This document shows positions 19,064 through 29,158 of a DNA stretch of 51,967 bases, in pieces. Under the pieces are notes generated by a model that did not search any database, had not been told where the DNA came from, and saw only the letters and a program-made list of their open reading frames with translations. The position numbers and the translations under genes are program-made. The DNA comes from an uncultured Erysipelotrichaceae bacterium. Lineage in GTDB: Bacteria; Bacillota_I; Bacilli_A; RF39; UBA660. The stretch lies in NCBI GenBank assembly GCA_902788975.1, contig CADAMI010000002.1, positions 1 to 51,967 of the forward strand, written 5' to 3'. How positions within the stretch are numbered: position 1 is the first letter of the stretch; the number at the start of each line of letters is the position of its first letter.

Positions 19064-19873
19064 ATGAAATTGATTGTTAGTGCTAATTCAAGAAAACATT
19101 TAAATAGTTTATTAGAAAAAAATATTGATGGAGTAATATTATCGATTGATAAGTTATCTGTCAATGATTCTTTTTATATAAATGTAGATGATTTAGTTGA
19201 TCTAGATTTTAAAGATAAGGAAGTATTTGTTAGTTTAAATAAACTTATGCATAATGGAGATTTAGATTATTTAAGAACTGTTTTATCTAAATTAAGAGAT
19301 AAGTGTGTTAGAATTATGTTTTATGATATGGCAGTATATAATATAGCAAAAGAATATGATATGGTAGATAAATTAGTAATTTGTCAGGATCATTTAAATG
19401 CAAGTGTACTTTCTAATAAGTTTTATTTAAATAGAGGAATAAAATCTAGTTATGTTACATCTGATATAACTAAGGATGAACTTTTAGAAATAAAAGATAA
19501 GAGTGGAATGGAAATATTCTTTTTAGGATATGGATATGCTCCCATCTTTTATTCAAGAAGATATTTAATTAGTAATTATTTAAAATATATTGATGAAAAT
19601 AATGATGGTAAAAAGTATGAAATAGTTAGTGATACAGGTGTTGTATATCCAATAGATGAAGAAAAGTTTGGAACTACTATTTATACGGAAAAACCAATTA
19701 ATTTAATTAATTATTTGGATGAATTAGATAAAATTGATTATTTGGTTTTAAAGAGTAACAAAATAGATGATTCCGAATTTAATAAGATGGTCGATAAATT
19801 TATTAATAGAGAACATATTGATAATGAATATATTGGATTTTTTAATAAAAAGACAATATATAAAGTAAAGTAG
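19064..19873 (+). CDS. U32 family protein YrrN/TrhP1-like
   Basis: U32-like fold fragments, FYSRR motif, C-terminal GFFNKKTIYK; directly upstream of YrrO homolog. Confidence 0.78.
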   Translation: MKLIVSANSRKHLNSLLEKNIDGVILSIDKLSVNDSFYINVDDLVDLDFKDKEVFVSLNKLMHNGDLDYLRTVLSKLRDKCVRIMFYDMAVYNIAKEYDMVDKLVICQDHLNASVLSNKFYLNRGIKSSYVTSDITKDELLEIKDKSGMEIFFLGYGYAPIFYSRRYLISNYLKYIDENNDGKKYEIVSDTGVVYPIDEEKFGTTIYTEKPINLINYLDELDKIDYLVLKSNKIDDSEFNKMVDKFINREHIDNEYIGFFNKKTIYKVK

Positions 19874-19880
19874 GTGAAGT

Positions 19881-21074
19881 ATGAAAAAAGTAGAGTTACT
19901 TGCTCCAGCTGGTAATTTAGAGAGGTTAAAAATTGCTTTGTTATATGGAGCAGATGCTGTATATTTTGGCGGTAGAAACTATAGTTTAAGAGCGAATGCT
20001 AAAAATTTAGATATTAGTGAGATAGATGAAGCTTGTAAATATGCCCATAATTTAGGTAAAAAAGTATATGTAACAGTCAATATTGTTTTTCATACTGAAG
20101 ATACTTTAGGAATTACTGATTATCTAAAAGATTTAGAAAAATGTGGCGTAGATGCGATAATTGTATCTGATCCATTGATTATAGATGTAATTCATGATAA
20201 TAAGATAAATATTCCAATACATATTTCAACACAATATTCAAGTGTTAATATAGAAACAGTTAAATTTTGGAAGTCTTTAGGAGTAGAAAGAGTTGTTTTA
20301 GGTAGAGAATGTAGTCGGGATGAAATAAAAGAGATTATTGATAAAACAGGTGTTGAAATAGAAACATTTATCCATGGAGCAATGTGTTCAAGCTATTCAG
20401 GTAGATGTGTTTTATCTAATTATTTTACGAATAGAGATGCTAATCGTGGTGGATGTGCACAGATATGTCGATGGAATTTTGATTTAATTAAAGATGGCAA
20501 AAAGCTAGATAATGATATTAAATTTACGATGTGTTCAAAAGATTTATGTATGTTAGAGTATTTAACTGATATGATAGATATTGGAATAAAAAGTTTAAAA
20601 GTTGAAGGAAGAATGCGTAGTATTTATTATATAGCTGTTGTTATTAATAATTATCGTAGAGCAATTGATGACTATTATAATGGTACTTTAACTGATGAAA
20701 ATTTGAGAATGTATCGTCATGAACTTGATAAGGTAGCAAATAGAGATAATGTAGCACAGTTTTATAATAAATTTCCGGGTATGGATGAACAATATTTCTT
20801 AGGGAGAGATGAGGTAAGTAATCAAGAATTTTTAGGTATCGTAGATGATTATGATGGGGAATATGTAACAGTCATTTCTAAGAATTTCTTTAAACCTGGT
20901 GATAAAGTAGAAATAATATCGCCAGATAGAGAAACATTTAGTTTTATATTGGGTGAAATTTATGATGAAGATGGAAATGTATTAGATGCAAGCAGACATC
21001 CAGAAAATAGGGTTAAATTTAAGTTAGATAAAGAAGTTAAAAGATTTGATATGTTAAGGAGTTATGAACTATAA
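19881..21074 (+). CDS. trhP: U32 family protein YrrO/TrhP2 (tRNA hydroxylation)
   Basis: ELLAPAG, HGAMCSSYSGRC.LS, NRGGCAQICRW, LKVEGRM. Confidence 0.92.
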   Translation: MKKVELLAPAGNLERLKIALLYGADAVYFGGRNYSLRANAKNLDISEIDEACKYAHNLGKKVYVTVNIVFHTEDTLGITDYLKDLEKCGVDAIIVSDPLIIDVIHDNKINIPIHISTQYSSVNIETVKFWKSLGVERVVLGRECSRDEIKEIIDKTGVEIETFIHGAMCSSYSGRCVLSNYFTNRDANRGGCAQICRWNFDLIKDGKKLDNDIKFTMCSKDLCMLEYLTDMIDIGIKSLKVEGRMRSIYYIAVVINNYRRAIDDYYNGTLTDENLRMYRHELDKVANRDNVAQFYNKFPGMDEQYFLGRDEVSNQEFLGIVDDYDGEYVTVISKNFFKPGDKVEIISPDRETFSFILGEIYDEDGNVLDASRHPENRVKFKLDKEVKRFDMLRSYEL

Positions 21075-21160
21075 AAAATAGTTCTAAGAAAATAAAAAAT
21101 ATACTTGACAAAATTATAAATAACTAGTAAAATGTTGAAATGTTAAAAGAGGTGAAGAAA

Positions 21161-21628
21161 GTGAGCAATAAAGTATATTTAACAAATGAAGGCTTTTTAG
21201 AAATAGAAGAAGAATTAAATCACTTAAAGGAGGTTAAAAGACCAGAAGTTATTAAAGCATTAAAAGATGCTAGGGCTTTAGGTGATCTATCAGAAAATGC
21301 TGACTATGATGCAGCTAGAAATGAGCAAGCACAAGTAGAAGGAAGAATTAAAGAGTTAGAACAACTACTTGAAAAAGCTGAATTAATTGAAAAACAAGAT
21401 ACAGATAAAGTTGGTTTAGGCGCAACAGTAACTATTAAATATATCGATGATGACGATGATGTTGAAGAATATCGTATTGTTGGTTCTAAAGAAGCTGATC
21501 CATCTAATGATAAAATTTCTAATGAAAGTCCACTTGCTAAAGCAGTAATGGGACATAAAGTTGGCGAAGTTTGTGTTGTTGAAAGTCCAAATGGCAATTA
21601 CAATGTAGAAATAATGGAAATTAAGTAA
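21161..21628 (+). CDS. greA: Transcription elongation factor GreA
   Basis: GDLSENADY, ISNESPLAKA; GTG start chosen from RBS GAGGTG. Confidence 0.97.
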   Translation: MSNKVYLTNEGFLEIEEELNHLKEVKRPEVIKALKDARALGDLSENADYDAARNEQAQVEGRIKELEQLLEKAELIEKQDTDKVGLGATVTIKYIDDDDDVEEYRIVGSKEADPSNDKISNESPLAKAVMGHKVGEVCVVESPNGNYNVEIMEIK

Positions 21629-21638
21629 GGAGTTAATA

Positions 21639-22907
21639 ATGAAACAAGAATTTAGTTTGGTTGTAAAAGGAAAAGAATGGGTTGAATTACAAGATGAAGC
21701 ATTTGAAAAAGTAAATAAAAAAGCTAAAATCGATGGCTTTAGACCTGGTAAAGCACCTAGAAGTGCTTATGAAAAGAAATATGGTAAACAAGATATTTTA
21801 TTCGAAGCAGCTGATATGGCTATAAAGAAAGAATATGAAAGATTATTAACTAAAGAAAAAGTTATGCCAGTTATTGAACCAAAGGTAGACTTAGTTAAAT
21901 GTGATGATAACGAATTAGAAGTCAAATTTATATTTGTTTTAGAACCAAAGGTAGAACTTGGTAAATATACAAATTTAGGTGTTAAGAAAGAAAAAGTAAA
22001 GGTTACAAAAGAAGAAATAGATCATCGTATTCATCATTTGCTTGAAGATTATGCTGAAATGATTGTTAAAGATGGTAAAGTTGAAAATGGAGATACAGCT
22101 ATTATCGATTTTAAAGGATTAAAAGATGGGGTAGCGTTCGATGGTGGAACAGCTGAAAATTATTCTTTAACAATTGGAAGTAATACATTTATTCCTGGAT
22201 TTGAAGATGCTTTAATTGGTATGAGTAAGGGAGAAGAAAAGGATATTGATTTAACTTTCCCAGAAGATTATATGGCAGAAGAATTAAAAGGTCAAAAAGT
22301 AGTATTTAAAGTAAAAGTAAATGAAATAAAGACAAGAGTAGTACCTAAACTAGATAAAGATTTCTTTGATGACTTAGGTATGGAAGGCGTTACTAATAAA
22401 GAAGAATTAGAACATGAAGTTAAGCATGAAATTGAACATCAAAAAGAACACGAAATGGAACATGTTTATGAAGAAAAATGTTTAGAAGCAGCATCTGAAA
22501 ATATGAAAGTGGAAATATGTGATGAACTTATTGATGACGAAGTAGAGCATATGTATAACGAATTTATGCAAAGAATGGCTATGCAAGGCGTTAGTGAAGA
22601 AATGTATTTTCAATATACTAAGGCTAAAAAAGAAGATATTACTAGTCAAATGAAAGAAGATGCTTTAAAGAGACTTAAATATCGTTATTTACTTAAAGAA
22701 ATTATTAATGTAGAAAAAATTAAGGTTACTGATAAAGAAGCAAAAGCCAGAGTTAAAGAAATGGCAAGTATGTATCAAGTAGATGAGGATACTATTTTAA
22801 AGGATGTAAGTTTAGAAAATATTAAATTTGATTTGATGTATACCAAGGCTTTAGAAATTGTTACTAATAACGAAGAAAAGAAAACAACAAAGAAAGAAGA
22901 AAAGTAG
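21639..22907 (+). CDS. tig: Trigger factor
   Basis: GFRPGKAP ribosome-binding motif, FKBP domain (IDF.G...FDGG...FIPGFE). Confidence 0.97.
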   Translation: MKQEFSLVVKGKEWVELQDEAFEKVNKKAKIDGFRPGKAPRSAYEKKYGKQDILFEAADMAIKKEYERLLTKEKVMPVIEPKVDLVKCDDNELEVKFIFVLEPKVELGKYTNLGVKKEKVKVTKEEIDHRIHHLLEDYAEMIVKDGKVENGDTAIIDFKGLKDGVAFDGGTAENYSLTIGSNTFIPGFEDALIGMSKGEEKDIDLTFPEDYMAEELKGQKVVFKVKVNEIKTRVVPKLDKDFFDDLGMEGVTNKEELEHEVKHEIEHQKEHEMEHVYEEKCLEAASENMKVEICDELIDDEVEHMYNEFMQRMAMQGVSEEMYFQYTKAKKEDITSQMKEDALKRLKYRYLLKEIINVEKIKVTDKEAKARVKEMASMYQVDEDTILKDVSLENIKFDLMYTKALEIVTNNEEKKTTKKEEK

Positions 22908-23003
22908 TTTATTAGACTGTCAATTTAAATTGATAGTCTTTTATTTTGCTTACTGGTGTGGTATACTTTAATAAATGCTAAATATAATTAAAGGAGTGAT
23001 ATT

Positions 23004-23519
23004 ATGGCAGGAAATTTAGCGCATACATTGGTAGAAGCTTTTAGTGGATTAACAAGTTTAAAATTTGGGAAAGAATTAATTGTTTTTATTATTTCTTTAA
23101 TGCCAATATTAGAACTTCGAGGAGGTTTAATTGCAGCTTCTTTACTCGGCCTTAGTGCTGTTAAAAGTTTTGTTATTTGTTTTATAGGAAATATTATTCC
23201 CATTCCATTTATTTTATGGTTAATTACACCAATATTTAATTATTTAAAGAAAACTAAATTATTTAAAGGTATAGTTACTAAACTAGAAAATAGAGCTATG
23301 AATAAGAAGGAACAGATAGAGAAAATGCAATATATTGGGCTTTTGCTATTTGTTGGGATTCCAATTCCTGGAACGGGTGCTTGGATGGGTTGTTTAATCG
23401 CGGCTTTACTAAATATGGAAAAGAAAAAAGCTATGCTATATGCAATACTTGGGGTGATAATGGCTGGAATTATTATGCTACTATTCTCTTATGGAATACT
23501 TGACAAAATAGTGCACTAA
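23004..23519 (+). CDS. Small multi-drug export family membrane protein
   Basis: P.LELRGG and FVGIP.PGTGAW motifs. Confidence 0.85.
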   Translation: MAGNLAHTLVEAFSGLTSLKFGKELIVFIISLMPILELRGGLIAASLLGLSAVKSFVICFIGNIIPIPFILWLITPIFNYLKKTKLFKGIVTKLENRAMNKKEQIEKMQYIGLLLFVGIPIPGTGAWMGCLIAALLNMEKKKAMLYAILGVIMAGIIMLLFSYGILDKIVH

Positions 23520-23534
23520 TCATATAATATCACC

Positions 23535-24470
23535 TTGGTGGTTTATATGGAAATGGATGTTGATGAAAAAATCAAATTAGCATTACAGGAATGTGGGGGA
23601 ATTTGGTGTTATAATATAGATAATAAATTTAAGTATCTTTATCCATTTACAACAGAAAATATAGCTGGTTATATTAATCAATTTGATTTAAAAGATAAAA
23701 CATTTCTTACAGTAGGATCTTCAGGTGATCAAGTATTAAATGCTATATTACATAATTGTAAAGATATATCGGTAATTGATTTATGTCCGTTTGCTAAAGA
23801 ATATTTTTATTTAAAGAAAGCAGCAGTAGAAGTGTTTAATAGAAAAGATTATTTAAAATTCTTTTGTTATTCTAAATACGATAAAAGGTATAATAACAAT
23901 AATGCTTTGTGTAAATATGAATATAATAAAATTAGAGAAGTATTAGATACTTATGATCAAGAGGTAGCATATTTCTGGAATACTTTATACAATAGATATA
24001 AAGGTTTAAAAATTAGAAAAAGATTGTTTAGTTTTGATGAGACAGAAGTTAAATTCTTATCTAGTTTAAATGAATATTTAGTGAGTGATATAGCTTATCA
24101 AAATTTAAGAAATAAAATATCTAATTCTTGTGTTAATTTTGAAGTTGATAATTTATTTTATTTTAATAGTGACAAAACATATGATTATATTAATTTATCT
24201 AATGTAATTGATTATTGTTCTTTTGAATTGTTTGGAAAGTTAATTAACCAATTAATTGATCATTTAAATGTTGAAGGAACATTATTGATTGCATATTTGT
24301 ATTTGGTTGATGGTAATAGTATAAGTAATCAATTAAGAATGGAAAAATTAAAAATTATTTTACCTGATGATGTTCAATATTTTAATTTTAGAAGTGTATC
24401 TGGCATAAGACTTGGCAAATTTGACTCACACGATAGTGTTGTTACTTATAAGAAAGTAAAAAAAATATAA
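23535..24470 (+). CDS. DUF3419/BtaA-like SAM-dependent transferase
   Basis: YPFTTEN, LTVGSSGDQ.LN, YD.I.LSN Rossmann motifs. Confidence 0.65.
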   Translation: MVVYMEMDVDEKIKLALQECGGIWCYNIDNKFKYLYPFTTENIAGYINQFDLKDKTFLTVGSSGDQVLNAILHNCKDISVIDLCPFAKEYFYLKKAAVEVFNRKDYLKFFCYSKYDKRYNNNNALCKYEYNKIREVLDTYDQEVAYFWNTLYNRYKGLKIRKRLFSFDETEVKFLSSLNEYLVSDIAYQNLRNKISNSCVNFEVDNLFYFNSDKTYDYINLSNVIDYCSFELFGKLINQLIDHLNVEGTLLIAYLYLVDGNSISNQLRMEKLKIILPDDVQYFNFRSVSGIRLGKFDSHDSVVTYKKVKKI

Positions 24471-24542
24471 AAATAGGTTGAAAAATAAATATTTATGTGC
24501 TATAATTTTAATTGTCTTTGTGAAGAACAATGATAATTAAAT

Positions 24543-24618
24543 GGGCTGTTAGCTCAGTTGGTAGAGCAACTGACTCTTAATCAGTGGGTCTAGGGTTCGA
24601 ATCCCTAACAGCCCACCA
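24543..24618 (+). tRNA. tRNA-Lys(CTT)
   Basis: Cloverleaf GGGCTGT/ACAGCCC, anticodon arm ACTGA-CTCTTAA-TCAGT, TTCGAA T-loop, CCA end. Confidence 0.97.
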
Positions 24619-24694
24619 TTTAATTATTAAATAGTTTTAAAAATGCTTGATATCTCATAAATTATATGATATAATCAATTAGCGAACACAAAAT

Positions 24695-24771
<77 letters not shown>

Positions 24772-24777
24772 TTTTGT

Positions 24778-24854
24778 GGCCCGTTGGTGAAGTGGTTCAA
24801 CACACATGCCTTTCACGCATGCATTCATGGGTTCAAATCCCGTACGGGTCACCA
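24778..24854 (+). tRNA. tRNA-Glu(TTC)
   Basis: Anticodon arm CATGC-CTTTCAC-GCATG, CCA end; terminator at about 24868-24887. Confidence 0.96.
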
Positions 24855-24974
24855 ATTTTTAAAACAAGCGAGTTTTACTCGTTTTTTCTTTTGTTTAAAT
24901 GATATGTAAAATTTATTATTATCTATAGATTTTTATTATGATATTTGATATTATTTTATTAGAGGTAGATAAGA

Positions 24975-26192
24975 ATGAATGAAAAATATTTAGTTGTTAA
25001 TTGTGGCAGTTCATCATTAAAGTTTTCTTTATATGAGATGCCTAATGAAGCTGTTATTGCTAAAGGATATATTGAAAAGATAGGTTTAGATGATAGTTTT
25101 TGGACTATTAGTTATAATGGTGAAAAGATTACTGGAAAGAAGAAATTAGATAATCATAAAGAAGCTGTTAATGTTATGACCAGTGAACTAGTTAATAATA
25201 ATATTATAAAGAATATGAATGAAATAAAAGGAATAGGTCATAGGGTATTACATGGTGGGGAAATATATAGTGATTCAGTTATTATTGATGATAAAGTATT
25301 AAATGATATTATTAATATGACTAATTTAGGGCCACTTCATCATCCGGGAGAAATTGATGGCATTAGAGCAATGATAGAATGTTTGCCGAAGACTAAACAG
25401 GTAGCAGTTTTTGATACGGCTTTTCATCAAACCATGCCTAAAGTTAGTTATATATATGCTGTTCCTTATGAGTGGTATACGAAATATAAAGTTAGGAAAT
25501 ATGGCTTTCATGGTACAAGCCATAAATATATAACTAATAAAATGCAAAAATTATTTAATAAAAATGATGTTAATTTAATTATATGTCATGTGGGAAGTGG
25601 CGCTAGTGTTACTTGTGTTAAGAATGGTAAATCATATGATACTTCAATGGGACTTACACCACTCGATGGTTTGGTTATGGGAACACGATCTGGCAGAATA
25701 GATCCATCAATTATTAAATTTATTAGTGACGAGAGCGGTAAGAGCCTTGATGAAATAACTACTGATTTAAATAAAAATAGTGGATTAAAAGGAATATGTG
25801 GTAAAAATGATTTTAGAGATGTCGTGGCACTAATAAATGAAGGAAATGAACAAGCAAAGCTTGCTTATGATATATTTATGGATGCGATAATTAAACATAT
25901 TGCCGAATATTATTTCGAACTAGACGGAAGAGTAGATGCGATAGTATTTACGGCAGGAATTCTTGAAAATAACACTTTAATTAGAGAAAATATTATTAAT
26001 AAATTATCAGGGCCCATCAATACTTATATTAATAAAGTAGCAAATGATAACATTGGATATGGTCACGATTTGAAAGAAGGAATAATTACAACGGAATCTT
26101 CAAAAGTTCCGGTATATGTAATTCCAACAGATGAAGAAGTAATGATTGTAAGAGATTGTTATAGATTAGTAAAAGAGGCTAATAATAATTAG
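24975..26192 (+). CDS. ackA: Acetate kinase
   Basis: NCGSSSLKF, GHRVLHGG, FDTAFH, YGFHGTSH, TPLDGL.MGTRSG, PTDEE. Confidence 0.97.
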   Translation: MNEKYLVVNCGSSSLKFSLYEMPNEAVIAKGYIEKIGLDDSFWTISYNGEKITGKKKLDNHKEAVNVMTSELVNNNIIKNMNEIKGIGHRVLHGGEIYSDSVIIDDKVLNDIINMTNLGPLHHPGEIDGIRAMIECLPKTKQVAVFDTAFHQTMPKVSYIYAVPYEWYTKYKVRKYGFHGTSHKYITNKMQKLFNKNDVNLIICHVGSGASVTCVKNGKSYDTSMGLTPLDGLVMGTRSGRIDPSIIKFISDESGKSLDEITTDLNKNSGLKGICGKNDFRDVVALINEGNEQAKLAYDIFMDAIIKHIAEYYFELDGRVDAIVFTAGILENNTLIRENIINKLSGPINTYINKVANDNIGYGHDLKEGIITTESSKVPVYVIPTDEEVMIVRDCYRLVKEANNN

Positions 26193-26197
26193 TCTCT

Positions 26198-27547
26198 TTA
26201 TCTTTTATTAATACTTTTGCTTTCAAGATATGCTTCAGTAGTATTATTTGGACTGTATATATATGGAAATGCTTTGTTTTTTATTTTGTGATTATCTTTT
26301 AAAGTTTGCTCTAACCATACTTTAATTTCTGAAATATTCATTTTATATACTTCTTTTTTTACTTCAATTACGGCTCTTAAAGTTGTTTCTAAAGTAACTT
26401 TATTGTTAGATAATGGCATTATATATTTTGCATAGTCTTTTAAAAAACTAGTCATAACTGGTTCTAAATCATTTGATGAAATTTTTTCTATATTGATGTT
26501 AATTTTATTATTATATTTACTGTATAATTCTTGGTATTCTTGTTTATCTGTTTCTCTTAAAATACTGATAATTTTTAAATATAGATCTTTATAACTTTTC
26601 TTTGTTAATTGTTCAATAGAATTAGCATCCATATTAGGGTGACTTACTTTTCTTTTGATATAAAATTTTATTTTTTCGATAAATTCATTGGTACTATGAA
26701 AATCTAATAAAAGATCTTCGTCTTCAAGCGTTTCTAAACGTTTTGCTTCTTTTTTTTCATCAAACGTTAAAAGACTATTTAGATATAAATCATATTTTGG
26801 ATTATTGTCCCAAGTACTATCAGCAAGATAATAACCATGAATATGATATTTATCATCATCAATTTTAACAAGATTTCTAGTGTGACCTAAATTATTAATT
26901 TTTATTTCTTCCTTGGTATATCCTTCGTTATAAGAACTATCAACACCGACATGGATACATATACTTGGTATATTAACACGACTAAGTAATTCTTTTAATA
27001 AATTGGCAAAACCTACGCAAACAATATAATCGTTATTATCTTCTAAAATATATTTTAAGTTGCGGCTTTCTTGCTGACTTTCATTATTATCCTTATAGGG
27101 CTTAAATTTTTTTACAATGTCATATATGGCTAAATATTTTTCTAAAGGTGATAATTTACTATTTCTAATTGGAGTTACTATTTTTTCTAGTTTGTTTTCT
27201 TCTTCAATGTATTCATGTATGTTGTATTCATAATCATTACTACAGATAATTAAGTTAATATTTTTAGGAACGCTTGAAAGAAGATTACTTTGTCTTAATA
27301 GTTCGCGGTTATTAATATATATACGTAAAGAATAATTCTTCTTACTATCTTTTAATTGATTAAAAATATTTTTAATATTATTTATATATATTTCATCATT
27401 ATGATTAGAAGAATCTGGTTTAATATTAATCAAGGCGTTGTTTTTTAATAATTTTATTTTAGAATAATCTTCTTCTTTTATTGTTCCAGTAATAGTTAAA
27501 TAATCTTTTTTGTTAATAAAATTTGCTATATTCATTTTATACCTCAC
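26198..27547 (-). CDS. Hypothetical protein with transglutaminase-like (Cys-His-Asp) domain
   Basis: VCVGFANLL, GHTRNLV, ADSTWD; likely start at ATG 27535 by RBS. Confidence 0.65.
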   Translation of the reverse strand: MRYKMNIANFINKKDYLTITGTIKEEDYSKIKLLKNNALINIKPDSSNHNDEIYINNIKNIFNQLKDSKKNYSLRIYINNRELLRQSNLLSSVPKNINLIICSNDYEYNIHEYIEEENKLEKIVTPIRNSKLSPLEKYLAIYDIVKKFKPYKDNNESQQESRNLKYILEDNNDYIVCVGFANLLKELLSRVNIPSICIHVGVDSSYNEGYTKEEIKINNLGHTRNLVKIDDDKYHIHGYYLADSTWDNNPKYDLYLNSLLTFDEKKEAKRLETLEDEDLLLDFHSTNEFIEKIKFYIKRKVSHPNMDANSIEQLTKKSYKDLYLKIISILRETDKQEYQELYSKYNNKININIEKISSNDLEPVMTSFLKDYAKYIMPLSNNKVTLETTLRAVIEVKKEVYKMNISEIKVWLEQTLKDNHKIKNKAFPYIYSPNNTTEAYLESKSINKR

Positions 27548-27706
27548 TATCTGTATTTAATTATAACATATTTTTCATGAATATAGATTGCTTTACATAT
27601 AAATATGTAATATAATAGTAGATGCAACTTAAAGTATGCATAAATAAACCTGTAGTTGGTAGATGGCAACCGGGTTATATTGTAAAATTGCGTCAGAGGT
27701 GAAAAA

Positions 27707-29116
27707 ATGAAATTTTGTGATAAGTTACAAAAAATAAGAAAAGAGAACAATGTAACACAAGAACAGTTGGCAGACAAACTTAATGTATCAAGGCAGGCTG
27801 TTAGTAAATGGGAAAGTGGAACGGCTTATCCGGATACAGAAAAATTAATTCAGATAAGTAAAATATTCAATATTAGTTTAGATGAACTTGTAAATGATAA
27901 TAAGAATAATAGCCAAAAAAAGAGTGACAAAAGATTTAATTTTATGGAAACATTTAATATGGTGTTTGAATTTTTTGGTAATATTTTTAGTATGTTTTCG
28001 GCAATGAAATTTAGTGAAAAGATTAAATTTATAATTGAAATGGGACTATTATTATTAATTGTAATTGGTTCATCAATCATATCTAAGGATATAATTTGTG
28101 AAATAGTAAGAAGATTATTTATTTTTATGCCTGATAATTTACTTCGTGGAATAATATATTTAGTTGATACATTACTATATATTGTGTGGATAATTTTAGG
28201 AGTAATTATTTTTGTTAGGGTAATTAAAACAAGATATTTGGATTATTATGTAATTATTAAAGATGATAATGTTAAAGAGAGAATAATTGAAGAGCCAATA
28301 AAAGAATTAAAGGAAAAAAAAGAATATAAAGTTGTTATTAGAGATCCAGAACATAGTAGTTATAATTTTATTAAAAAAATAGGCAAAATATTTATGTTTC
28401 TGTTAAAATGTATGGCAGTATTTATAGCAATACCAGTTGTGATGTCATTTATATTTTTTGTTATGCTTCTAGTTATTAGTTTGATGTATTTATTTAGTGG
28501 TATATTCTTTAATGGGATTACTATAGCTTTACTAGGGATTATATTATTTATATTCTTAATTATATATTTTATTTATAATTTAGCTTTTAATAGAAAAAAT
28601 AGTTACTCTAAAATGTTTATGATATTTATTTTGAGTATTACACTTGTTGGGGTAGGTATTGGTTTATCATTTGCGACACTAGCTACTTTTACAACATATG
28701 ATGATAATGAAATAGAAAGAGTTACTAAAACATATATCATTGATATGAAAGATAATTTAATTATTAATGATATTATGGATGTACCAAATGAAAAAATTGT
28801 TATTGATAATACATTATCTAATATTAAAATGGATATAACATCATGTGGAGATGGTGAAATATATACATATACATATTCAGTAAATAGATATGATGAAGAT
28901 ATAGATAAGTATAACTATAATGTATATGAAATTGCTAATACATATGTTGATTATGATGAAATAAATAGATTAAAAAGTGTTATTGAAGATTTGAAGAAAA
29001 AGAGAATTAATACGAATATTTTTTATAATAGTTGTAGTTATGAAATAGAAAAATTATATATATCAGAAGATAATTTGACAAAGTTAAGACAAAATTATTT
29101 AAACTTTAATGATTAA
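27707..29116 (+). CDS. Membrane-anchored XRE-family HTH regulator
   Basis: RKENNVTQEQLADKLNVSRQAVSKWESG..YPD followed by about five TM helices. Confidence 0.88.
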   Translation: MKFCDKLQKIRKENNVTQEQLADKLNVSRQAVSKWESGTAYPDTEKLIQISKIFNISLDELVNDNKNNSQKKSDKRFNFMETFNMVFEFFGNIFSMFSAMKFSEKIKFIIEMGLLLLIVIGSSIISKDIICEIVRRLFIFMPDNLLRGIIYLVDTLLYIVWIILGVIIFVRVIKTRYLDYYVIIKDDNVKERIIEEPIKELKEKKEYKVVIRDPEHSSYNFIKKIGKIFMFLLKCMAVFIAIPVVMSFIFFVMLLVISLMYLFSGIFFNGITIALLGIILFIFLIIYFIYNLAFNRKNSYSKMFMIFILSITLVGVGIGLSFATLATFTTYDDNEIERVTKTYIIDMKDNLIINDIMDVPNEKIVIDNTLSNIKMDITSCGDGEIYTYTYSVNRYDEDIDKYNYNVYEIANTYVDYDEINRLKSVIEDLKKKRINTNIFYNSCSYEIEKLYISEDNLTKLRQNYLNFND

Positions 29117-29158
29117 ATTGAATAATGGTTTATTATTGCTTATAATTGATGTGAAAGG

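Noticed and set aside
27547-27777. 76-aa minus-strand ORF
   Set aside because: It spans the divergent promoter region and overlaps the XRE gene start; not protein-like.
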